Shown: piece after piece, positions 39,301-51,300 of the stretch
How positions within the stretch are numbered: position 1 is the first letter of the stretch
How the letters are laid out: each line of letters begins with the position of its first letter
From: Amoebophrya sp. A120
Lineage: Eukaryota > Protista > Dinoflagellata
NCBI GenBank assembly: GCA_905178155.1
Contig: CAJINV010000005.1
Span: 2,420,054 to 2,484,053 of the forward strand
Length of the DNA stretch: 64,000 nucleotides
Direction: 5' to 3'
Translations under genes and position numbers: made by a program
Notes under the pieces: generated by a model
Databases searched by the model: none
Told to the model about the DNA's origin: nothing
What the model saw: the letters and a program-made list of their open reading frames with translations, nothing else

Positions 39301-42300
39301 GATGAAGGAGCTGAAGTTCCAAATCAGCGGCGGGGTGGACGAGCAAACGGCGGACAAGTTTGTGAAGGATTTGGTGAAAAACATCACGTCCGCAAAGTCG
39401 CCAAAAGTGTTTCGCACCGGGGAGAATTTCGTCTGTGAATACCTGAAAGTGGATTTGACACCCGGGAAGGAAGCGAAGTTCTCGATGGCCATGGCGGTGG
39501 AGAAGGTGAAATTTGAGTCCACGGTGCATGTATGCATTGCAAATATGTCTGGGTCTGGAAGACAGTAACTTGTGATGCTAAATCTGCATCATGCTAAGAT
39601 CTGTGTTGCATAAGTGCCAAAAGCTTTCCACTTTCGACCAAGTTGGGAGCGGGTTTCTCATGCAGGACAGGCATGACAGAGACCTCGCAGAGTTTGTCAT
39701 GCTAGACCCCGCATTTTTCCAGACCTCATGGCTCATAGAAAACCTGCATGACAAGTCTGGCATTCTTCCAGACCCAGACACATTTGCAATGCATAGCATG
39801 CGAGCCTCGAAATCCCGGTTGGGCAGACCTGTAGCGACGCCTTGGAGCAAGTCTCGAAGGAGGAGCTGGTGCAGGACATCCAGAAAGCAACCTTGTTGAC
39901 GAAATCACAAATCGTCATCGAGCAATTGACCTGCCTCGGTGGGCCGTCGTTTTTGCAAACAAGTGAGGTTCCCGTCGGCTTAATTTGGTTGTTCGAGGAC
40001 GAACGAAAGACGGCGGACGCGATCGTACGGGTAAGAGATCAGAAAAAAACTCAAGACACGACGGAATTCCCCGTGTTGCTAGCGTTGAAGGGGGAGGTTG
40101 CAATTCTCTCCGCGGATGAGGAGCAGTGCGTGGAGAACTTGAAGCACGGAATTCCGAACGCATTGAAAACGGGAAAGGCTTTGCAGGGGATTTCGGCGAC
40201 GGCTACCGAGGTGGAAACAGAGGCGAGCATTACAGGACGATCTGGTCTTCCAGCAACTTCTGAGGCGAACGAGGGCCTGGGGGAGGTGAAAGAGATCAAG
40301 GATGAGGGGGAAGGTGGAGAAGGAGATGGTGGTGCAGGTAGTTCTGGGTCCTCTGGGATGAATCAAACCGGTGGAGGTCAGAGCTTCGGCGGTGAGGAAG
40401 GTGGGAATAAAACTACCGCCAAGGTAAACAAAACCCTCGAAGTTGGAGTATCTTCTGGTGGAAAAAATAACGCAACTACAGAAAGTGAGAACCAAATCAA
40501 CGCCACAGAGTCAAACGAGACAACTACGGCTGCACCATTTTTGAACGAAACTTCTAACCAGAGCATCACCACAGCAGCCCCGACAACCGAGGATGAAAAT
40601 AACGCCACACTCGCCCCCGAAGAAGACAAAGAAACCAGTACAATTCCGCCAGAGTACCGACAGAGCGGCACCGGGGAGGCGCGGATTGGTGCGACCGTTA
40701 CGCTAGCAGTGTACTTACCGGAGGGAACGGAATGCGACATGATTGCGCCGTCGTTGAGCAAGGAGAAACTGAGCAACGATGTGGAGGCAAAGCTTCCGGA
40801 TGAGCTGACAGTCACGTCGGACAAACTCGAAGTGAATGTCGTGGTGAAGGAATTGTCTTGTCTCGTCGCCGCAGCTGCTGGTACTAACGGCGCCGCTTTT
40901 CTGCAGACTAGCACCAACCAAGCCGCCAATGCCAGAGACGATATCACCGTGACCACCGAGTCCGACGGCTTCGCGACGCTCCTGCTCGACAGCGAAATGT
41001 CAGCCTCCGGGGCGGTATCAAATGCAAAAATGTCTGGGTCAGGAAGATTTCTACATTTGTCATGCATATGTTCCATGAGCCATGATGTCTGTGATGCATG
41101 CCGTAGCATCACAGATTTTTAGAGGGCTTTGTGATACCTCTACCGCATGAGAAATGCCCACTCCACGCAGGACAAACCCGACCCCTCTTGCTGGTCATGC
41201 AATGCAAATTTTTTTAGAATCCACAGACAGCATCACAAGTTGTGACCTTCCAGACCCAGACACTTTTGCATTTGATAGGCGGACATCGCGACGAAAAAGA
41301 TCGACGACTTGAAGCTCAACTTCGCATACCAAATGTAAAAATGTCTGGGTCTGGTGGAAGAATGCAACTTGTCATGCCAAATCTGAATCAGGCAAAAAAC
41401 TGTGTTGCATGATTGCCAAAAGTTGTGCACTTTTGACCTAATCGAGAGGCAATTTCTCATGCAGGATAGGCATGATAGAACTCTCACAGGATCTGTCATG
41501 CTATGTCCTACATGCCAGACCTCATGGGTTATGGAAAACCTGCATGACAAGTCTGGCAATCTTCCAGACCCAGACACTTTTGCAATCCATATCGCAGAAG
41601 CGCTAACCGCGGCCCTGCCCGAGGCGTCGGCTTTTATTGACTTCGGCGCCCAAGTCCTCGCTTTTGAGGTGAGCACGAAGATCAACCGGGAGGGCGGCGC
41701 GGTGATCAACGACGTCACGAAAGACGATAAAACGACTACACAGTTTGGGCCGCAGGGGTTGCTGGAGGGAGATAAGTCTGTGGAGATCACTATTGACACC
41801 GACAAATACTCGACCACGTTCAAATCACCCTCCTCGGGAAAAGGGCCGTGGAAGAAATTGAACTTCACGATGGAGATCCCCGGAATGAATGGCGTGAACG
41901 TTTCCTTGCAGTACCCAGAAGGACAAGACGGCTTCGGCGAAGAGGATTTGGTCGACCAGCCAGAGCCGGTGACGTTTGACTTCAACGTGCACAAGGTCAA
42001 CGAAACCCACCCCCTTTTCTTCAACGTGACAAGGTTAGATCAGAGCTTTTTCTTGAAGAACATGGTGAACTTGCTCAACAAGATGGTCGGGTATCATCGA
42101 GACACGAGGAAAGCGAAGTTAAAAGAAGAAAGGGATAATGTCGAGCAGAAAAAACTGCTGGAGCAAAGCAGAACGAGCATAAAAACAGCACGGAGTTCCA
42201 CCTCTGGTAGTCGTGATTCGGCGCACCAAGACACCGAAGATGAAGATTTCGGCCACATCCTGGACCTAGATGCGGACGACGAACTCGCTGCCAACGTCGG

Positions 42301-45300
42301 CCTCGCGGACCGCCGCGACGCTTTGGTTCGGAACGCGAACAAGCTGTTGCGGCGGAAATTAAATCTCAAAGGAGAAAAGGGGAAGCTTGCTTTTCAGAAG
42401 TTGACGAAAGGGGACATTGACGACTTGGAGGATCACGCAAAGTGGCTGAAAGAGTTGACAAACCGGACTTTTGAAGAATATTTGACCCGGTGGCGGGAAA
42501 GGCAAGAGGCGTTGCGGCGGCAGCGACTCGCCGGGCAACGGGCGGAACAGGCGGAGAAGGAGCGGCTGCGGCGGCTGGAGGAGGCGGAGAAGGACGAGAA
42601 GCAGGGGGCGAGGGATCTGATCACGCAGATCAAGATCTACCTGGACATGATCCACGAGTTCGAGATAAAATACCACTTAACGCCGGACAAGTGGTCGCAG
42701 ATCAACGAACAGCAGGAGATCGCACAGGTGGAGGAGGACGGGAAAGTGGTCGAGGCGGCAAAGAAGTTGGCCGAGGACTTGGCGTATCAAATGCAAATAT
42801 GTCTGCGTCTGGAAGATTCTAAACTTGTGATGCTGTGTCTGGATTCTAAAAAAATTTGTATTGCATGACCAGCAAGAGGACTCCAGTTTGTGCTACTCGG
42901 AGAGGACATTTCTCATGCGGTAGAGGCATCACAAAGCCGTCGAAAAATCTGTGATGCTAGAGCATGCATCACAGACATCATGTGTCATTCAAAATATGCA
43001 TGAAAAACCTGGCAATCTTCCAGACCCAGACATTTTTGCAGTTGATACGGCGCGGGAGTTGCAGCACCTGAAAATCGTCGGGGAATTGGTCGCGCCGCCA
43101 CTGTCGAAGACCACGTTGTTTGTGAACATCAGCATATGCAAGAAAAAAACTGTGTAAGTGTAAATCTGTGACGCAGAAAATGCAAAACAGTTATACTTGT
43201 CATGCTGGAAGAGCGTCATAAGCTACTATCTTACGTGTTTCCACTTACTAGCTGCGCATGACAGGTTTTCCCTGTAATGCAAAGCGAATTTGTGATGCTG
43301 CTCTTCCTACAAAGTTACACTTACACAGTTTTTTTCTTGGATACAGCACCGATGGATCCACTTTCGGGCCCGGGGACGCGGAAAAAAGGGTGCAGGAAAA
43401 AGCGAAGGAAAAGCGGAAAAAAATGTTCTCCCGACTCTGGTCGGCCGAGAAAGCGGACCGGAACTCCCCGTACACGTGCGACCCGGGATTCGGACCGGTG
43501 GTCAGTCCCTCCGTGCCGATAAAGCAGATTGAATGCCTGCCCTGTCCGAGGGGGACGTACTCGCCCAAGGGGGTCGTGTGCCGGCCCTGTCCGGCGAACA
43601 CGATGTCGCCCGCGGCTGCCACGCGGATAACGGACTGCCTCGGGAACTGTCCGAAGGGGTATGGATGGGAAAATCGCAGGTGCAGAAAATGCGACAAGCT
43701 GAAGGAGTTCGCCGCGAGTCCGAGTTCCCCCTGCGTGAAATGCCCCACGGGGACGGTATGAGAGTGCACAACTCCCGCCCCTCCCCCTCATTTGTAATGC
43801 AAAATACCAAACTCGCACCTTGCTCGTAAGCACTGCTAGCATGACAAATTTTGGAACCTCAAATAGTAATACAATCTGCACGCTGATTTGTCATGGGAAA
43901 GCCCCTTTTTTGCTGTTGCTTGTGTTGCTGTATATGCCATACAAATAAGGGGGAGGGATTGTTGTGCACTCTCATAGACGGAAGTCGTGGATGTGAACGA
44001 CAAGAAGTGTCAATCTCCGCCGGGTTTGATGGAAGGCACTACGAATGCAGATCCGGGAAAAGTCGAACCCTGGAAGCTGTTTTGCTCCCCGAAATGCCCT
44101 ATCAAATGCAAAAGTGTCTGGGTCTGGAAGAGTGTGAACTTGTCACGCAGGTTTTCCATGACTCTTGAGGTCTGGAATGCGTGACCTAGCATGACAGAGT
44201 CTGTGAGGTCTCCTTCATGCCTATTCTGCATGAGAAACTGCCTCTATCTAAAATTGTTCAAAAGTGGACCTCTTTTGGTAATCATGCAACACAGATTTTT
44301 GCATGATTCGGATTTAGTATGACAAGTTGCAATCTTCCAGACCCAGACACTTTTGCAATCCATATGCCTGCCCGGGCAGGAGTGGTCCGACGAGGGTGGC
44401 TGCATTGACTGCCCGCTGGGATCTATCGCAAGAAAAAACTGTTTCACTGTGAACTTGTGATGAATAGAATGGAAGACAGAACTATTTGTCTTGCCACACC
44501 TGCAAGACCTCGACTCTTTAGCGGTGTTTTCCCTTTGGAAGCGCGCATGGCAAATTATCTGTGTCATGTGTAACAAACTTGTGATGCAGATCTTGCAAGA
44601 TCATCACCGCTGTGAGACAGTTTTTTCGTGGGATAGGATCTTTTTCCCCGGAGGGGCAGAAGTGCCGGAAGTGCTTTCCGGAGTACACGACGCGGTATCC
44701 GGCAAGCATCATGATCGACGACTGCATTCCGGAATGCAAAGCGGGCTACTCCTGGGGACCAAACGTGAAAACCGGCGCGCTGGGGTGTAAGATCTGCCCC
44801 CGGGGCACGTTCACCACGCCCTCGCAGATCGCGACGAGTTTGAACTTTACGGCGAAGAGATTGGACTGCGACTTCTGTCCCGAGGGCAAATCGACCTTCC
44901 GCGAGGGTGCGACCAGCCGGTTCGAGTGCATCGAGCCGGCGGTTTCCGACATTCTAATCCGCGTCCGGCCGAATGAACCGGAGAAGTACGATAAGAAAGC
45001 GCTGACTCTTTTGAACGACATTGTTCTGAAGATGGTGAACGACAAAATCGGCGGGGCGACTCTTGAAGCCTACAACATCACGGCAGAGACAACCCTGACA
45101 AAACCGACCGGGGGTTTCATGCTACTGCAATCCAACGGTAAAATCGAGGAGCAGTACGTCGCGAATGCGGAAGATCAGCAGTACGCGGAAGTGAGGTTGA
45201 AAATCGCAGAAATTTTCCCATCGTACGAGGAAGCGGCGAACTTGACGACAACCCCAAAACCGGACCGAACCCAAAAACCCTTCGACGCGCGGGGCATGTG

Positions 45301-48300
45301 GGACGTTCTGAAGAAGGACGAATCGTTGAAAGCGGTCACCAGACTGTTCTTCAAAGCGATCGAGGTGACCTGCAAACCCGGGTTCGGCTTCAAGCCGAAT
45401 GTGACTGACGACGCGATTTGCTACCCGTGCCCCGTCGGGTTTTTCGGTTTGGGGGGCATCGATCCGGAGTGCGAGCGGTGCGAAAAAGGGTGGTCCAGTT
45501 CTCCCGGGTCCACGGAGTGCTTTCCGGTCAACTGCATGCCGGGCGAGGGGCTGTTCAGACAAGCGAAAAAGTGCGAAATCTGTCCGCCGGACTTCTTCGG
45601 GAGCGGGAAGGATCAGCCGTGTTTGCCGTGTCCGAACGAGAACACACACAGCGCTGCTGGGTCACCTGATTTATCCAGCTGCAAGGCGAATTGCAAGTGG
45701 GGGGAAGGGTTCTTCGGAGGGAACAAGTGCATGCAGTGTCCGGCGAACAGCTTCTCCGCCGGCGGCTCCGATTCTTGCACCGTGTGCCCGGCCGGAACGG
45801 GCACGGGACCCATTTTGCCGCATGTCGTTCCCTGGACGTTAGACGATCCCGACGGGAAGAAAGCGATCATCACCGGGTTCTGGCAGAAGACCCAGTGCGG
45901 GCTGTGCAAAAACGACGTGCACTGCAACGGCGCGGGAATCGCCTCGGGGAACAGCTGGGACACCGAGAAGGGCGGGTGTCGGTGCGACTGCAATCCTGGG
46001 TATGCCGTATCAAATGTAAAAATGTCTGGGTCTGGAAACTTGTGATGCTGTGTGGCGTATCATGAGGAGGCCACAATTGCTGGCTCAGCATGACAGGTTT
46101 CTGAGCTTCTAGGTGTTGCCTATTCTGCATGACAAACTACGTTTCTGCATGACAGAAAAGTGGGGCTCTTTGGTAATGTGCATGACAGATTTAAGAGTCA
46201 TGCCAGAGAAGCATGACAAACTTGCATTCTTCCAGACCCACACATTTTTACATTTGATATGCCGGACCGAGTTGCAACTACTGCGCGGAAAACTACGCCC
46301 GGGACGAACGGACAAACAAGTGCAGGTCTTTATCAAAAGGAAAAATCCCCCCTCCCCATATCGAACGGGTACGCTTCCGGAAATTTGTGTTGCTGATTTG
46401 AGGTCACAAATCGCGTTTGTCTTGCAAGAAGACAAGGGCAGAAGCTTCCGCCCCATTATGGAAGCGATTTGTCATGCTGTTAGGCCTAAAGGGGAGCCGT
46501 TTGCCATGCTGAACAACTAGACCCATACGCCCCTACCTGGGGGCGTATCTGGCCGCAATGCCTCTCTGTAATACAGACCTGAATCGTGTACGCAAATCCA
46601 GCATAAGAAACTTCGTTTCGATAGGGGGAGGGGGGATTTTTCATTCTCATAGTCTTTGGTCACCGAAAAGTGCCCGGACGCGGCGTTTCTGTGCAACGGC
46701 AGGGGGCAGCTCGTGAACCTGTTCGAAGATGAGATGACGAAGATCTGCGAGTGCGTCTGCGATTCCGACGTGTACGACAGGCGGAACAACTGCCAAACGT
46801 GCTCCGCCAGTCGCTTATTGGACCCGCAGTCCCAGTGCGAGCGGTGTTACCAAATGCAAAAATGTCTGGGTCTGGAAGAATCCGAACTTGTGATGCTGCA
46901 TTTGGATTCCAAAAAAATCTGTATTTCATGACCAGCAAATAAGGGAATGCAATTTTGGCAACGCGGAGAGGGCATTTGTCATGCGGAATAGGTATCGCGA
47001 AGCCCTCAAAAAGTCTGTGATGCTAGGGCATGCATCACAGACATCATGGCCCAGGCAAAACGTGCATGACAAGTCTCAGAATCTTCGTACACCCAGACAT
47101 TTTTGCATTTGATAGGTGTTTAGACGACGACTTCGACCCATTGACGAACTGCAAGGAGCGGAAATCCTGCATGCAGACCAACACGTGCGTCGCGCCGCCG
47201 GTGTTTTTGTCTCCCTTCTTCTGTCCCGCGGGGTGGCAACCGGTGAGGGAGGAAGAAAAATGCAGGGAGATCGCGAGTTCCTTACCGACTTGCGGGAAGG
47301 AGTTGGTGGAAAGACGATCCACACTCTACGCCCCCTCGGACAACTACATGACCATCATGCAGAACGCGACCTGCTCCTTCCTCTGCGCCCAGGACCCCGC
47401 GACCTGCGGCGAGCTCTGGGCCTCGGGCACGTCTCTGTCCGCCGTGGCGCCCGACGCGATGGCCGCGGTGAACGCCCCGGCCGGGTATGTGGAGCAGGTG
47501 AAGCACCGATTACAACAGAAAGAGCAGGGTCTGGACGAAAACTCATTAACTTTCACCGGCGGAAATCTAGGCCTCCAAATGCCAAAAGCGTGTTACTTCG
47601 TGCATTGGGAGGAGGAGAATTCCGTCGCGGTGGTATTCAACGATTTGGTGAAAAAGAAGTACGACATGAAAGTTTACCCCGAAACAAAAACCGCTGCGCT
47701 CACCATTCGCGAGATGCCAAAGGCGCAAATCGGATTGCCGAAATTTGACGACTTGAAGAAACACGACCCGAAACTGACGACCCCGATAATTTCAGCGAAT
47801 AAGCAGGAATTCAAATTCGATTTGACCGACCCGCAGTGGCAGTGGAGAGATAAAACGTCGAAATTCAACATTTTGCCGCAATTTTCGGGCACGAAAAATT
47901 TGAAATTCGACGTCGAGACGTCCGATTTAGCGCCAGAAAGTGTACTGTTCAAGAAGAAGACTTCAGTGGAGGAGGAAACCAATTACCGGGAAGGAAAAAC
48001 AGAAGAGAAAAAGCAGCGCGACTACTTGTTCAACGTAAAGGACGCGAAGGGGGAGGAAAATGACTACGCGATACGACAACGGGCTTTGCGGTTCGACGCC
48101 GTGCGGCCGGTTTCAACCTCGATGGAATTCGAGTTAGAGCATGAGAAGGATAGTATTAGCACAACTGTAGGACGAGATGTTGATCCCGGTGTTGAGACCA
48201 CTAATTCGAGGCTGTTGGAAAAGATCGAAAAGAACGAAAATCTCAACGCCGAAGGGAAGGCGGACATCACCTTTTTCACTAAAGCGAAGGACTTCTTCCA

Positions 48301-51300
48301 CCGGGTGAAAAAGTTGACGTTTGGAAACTTGTGGAAAGAGGAAAAAGCGAAGGAAAAGGCGAAAGAGCAGCAAGTGAAAACCAAGAAGAAGAACCTTCCC
48401 CCTGCACTGGACCACAAAGCGGGTGGAAAAAGTGGCACAGTGGAAGCTTTGGCGAAGGAAAAGAAAAGCCTGCCGGCGCCTTTGGAGAAGGCCAAGGAGA
48501 AACAAGAGGAAGTGCAACTAGCGCCGGGAGCGGAGGGTGTGCACTACAAGAAAACTTTTCCGGTGTCTTTGGCAGAGGAAACTCGACAGGACACCACAGG
48601 TTTTAGACCGAGTTTGAGTTTTCACTTGAACAGTCCGGAAAGCGGTGAGGATGCGGCGTTTTCATCCCCTGGTGACAAAAATGTTGAGCAAGAAGACCCC
48701 ACGGCCGAACAAGAGCTTTCTCTGCTGCAAAGTTCCAAGCTCCAAGCCACCGGCGTCCTTTTCCAGCCGGCAACACTGTTCAAAGCCAGAGCGCGCATGC
48801 TGTGCGAACGGCAGCAGGAACAAGGACAACCGGCGGAACAAAGTTTGTTGGCCGTCTATTCATCCTCGGGCGGTAGAGCCACTAGTTCCTACGAAAAGCA
48901 GTACGCGATAGCCCCGTTGCCTATGAAAGATAAATCCTTCTGCCCGCAGAACCTGCAGAGGATCGCGCTGTTCAGCACCGAAGCAAATGAATTCTCAAAA
49001 TCCACCACCTGTTTCCCCACCTGCCACGCCGGCCAGCGCTGGAACGGCAAGCAGTGCGAGGCGTGTCCGGCCGATAGCTTCATGACGGAATTGCACTGGT
49101 GGCGAAAGCGGGAGGAACCAGTGACCAACTGGGCGGGATATAACGAGCACACTTGCGAAAAGTGCCCGAGAAATAGAAGGTTCACGATAGGAGGAGTTCC
49201 TGCTGCTGCGCTTGGAGGACAGCAATTCCTATCAGCATCACCGTCCAGGACCGGGAAAACGAGCAAGAATCACTGCGTCGCGCCCCCACTCACAACCATC
49301 CAGATCCGAATACCAAATGGCGAGCAATCGTTTCTGACGCTGTTGCAAGAGAATTTAGACGAGGAGTATTTCCGGCTGAGTAGCGACAAGAAAAAAACCG
49401 CGGTTTTAGAGGTGGTTTCCGAGGAAAACAAGGGATACATTTTCCAGCAGTTTTTCCAAAAAGCACTGAAATCCACAAAGGGATTATCCAAGCTTATCGA
49501 GCTCCAAGACTTCAGCATTGACGACGGGAAGACGCCACAGCAGGTGGGAAACGCGAAGTCTCTGACGTTTTTGACCAGTTCGTTACCCGAGGAACTAACC
49601 AGCCAGCACGAACCACAGGTGACGATCAACGTGAGGATACGAACGACCGAGCCAGTGGAGCTGATGTCCAAGCGGGAAGTGAGAAGCTTAAGAGGGTTGA
49701 AAGCGCTCTTAGCCGAAAAGTTGTTCCAACCGCAATTCGCAACCTTCGCCGACGTCGCCGCGGCCGATACGGATAACAACCTCTCCAGCAGCTGCGCGCC
49801 GGGGTACGGAAAAATTGAAATACCGGATGAAAGGAATGATGGAAAAAGTGAGCTGTCCTTTCTCTGCGAACAAATCTGCGACGAGGGTTCCTTCTCTCCC
49901 GGTGGTGATCACGCGGTGTGCACTGCCTGCCCGGATCACACGAGCAGCTTCCCCGCTTCTGGTAATTGTTTACCGACCTGCTCAGCCGGCTTTGGCCTGT
50001 CGGCGGCAGCGCCGAGGAGTACTTCTAGCGAGTCGTACGACAAGTTTATTTCATCTGGTGAAAGACATAATTCTGAAACTGCCTCTTCCCAAAATATCGG
50101 AACTACAAGTTCTACCTCCTCCCGCACCTGTGTCTACTGCCCCAAAAACCACTTCGGCCCCGGCAGACTGTCCGAGTGCCAAGAGTGCCCGGCGAGTCGC
50201 CCCATTTCCATGCCGGGGAGCTTATCCAAGAAAAAAACATTGTAGGTGTAACTTTTTTGGAGGAACAGCTGCATTACAAATTTGTCTGGCATGACAGCAA
50301 AAACCTGTCATGCGCAGATAGTACGCGAAAACGCCCTTTAATGGACCCTGCGATGCATGCCAAGCATGACAGACGCAATCATCCTGCATATTGAGCATCA
50401 CAAATTTACTTACACTAACAGCGTTTTTTTCTTGGATAGAGCTCGTCAGTGGAGCACTGTCGGGTGAGTTGCAAGGACGATGAGAGTATCAAATGCAAAA
50501 GTGTCTGGGTCTGGAAACTTGTAATGCTGCGCTGGGAATAGTGAATGCTCTGTAATGCCCAGGCAAGCATGAGAAGTATCTGCGCTTCTTTGTGTTACGT
50601 TTTTCGCATGACAAACTGCGTTTTTGCATGACAGGCACAAGGGTCTCTTCTTGGACACGCATCACAAACTTTTTGGTCATGCCAGACAAGCATGACAAAT
50701 CCCAAAATCTAGCGGACCCAGACATTTTTGCATTTGATAGAGAGGTGGGTGCCCAGGATTGGGAGATGTGTTTTGGAGGACGAAATGGAGGAGCAGGACT
50801 TGGCTCTGACGGAGGAAAGCATGTTGACGCATGGGGACGAGCAGTTGCTATCAACAGATGGAATAAATTCACCAGCATCTTCGCCTCTTTGGCCCCATGA
50901 CGTCGTAGGGGACACAGTTCTAGGCGAGGGCAGCACGAGTGCTGCAGCTCCTCGGGAAGATTCATCATCATCTTCATCTTCTCGTCTTGGTGGGCTTTTC
51001 CCATGGAAAACCGCAAATACACAAGCCGCACGGGAAGGGGAAGACGAAAAAGAAAAAGCCAAAAACGATATTGCCCCACAGCACCTGCTCCTTCCCGTCG
51101 CTGCTGATCCGAAGAAGAAAAGAGAAAAAGAAAAACAAGCCATTCTCGCCGAGGTTGGTCGAGCTGCGGAGCAAAGCGAGCAAGCGCAAAGAACGCATGA
51201 AGGACCAGCAGGTGGACCACAACAAGACGAGCACTTCCTTTATTCCCCGGAGGAGCTAGCTGCCGTGAAGAAGAGAGCGAGACAGGAACTGACGCTCGTG

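Larger units (their letters stand above)
45370..47190 (+). other. Cys-rich supermodule copy 4
   Basis: CNGAGIASGNSWDTEKGGCRCDCNPGY; interrupted by three introners. Confidence 0.8.

Noticed and set aside
6408-50739. Recurrent peptides such as CKNVWVWK, KMSGSG, QKCLGLE and PDPDIF in many track ORFs
   Set aside because: They are translations of the family-C TIR in different frames, not protein motifs.
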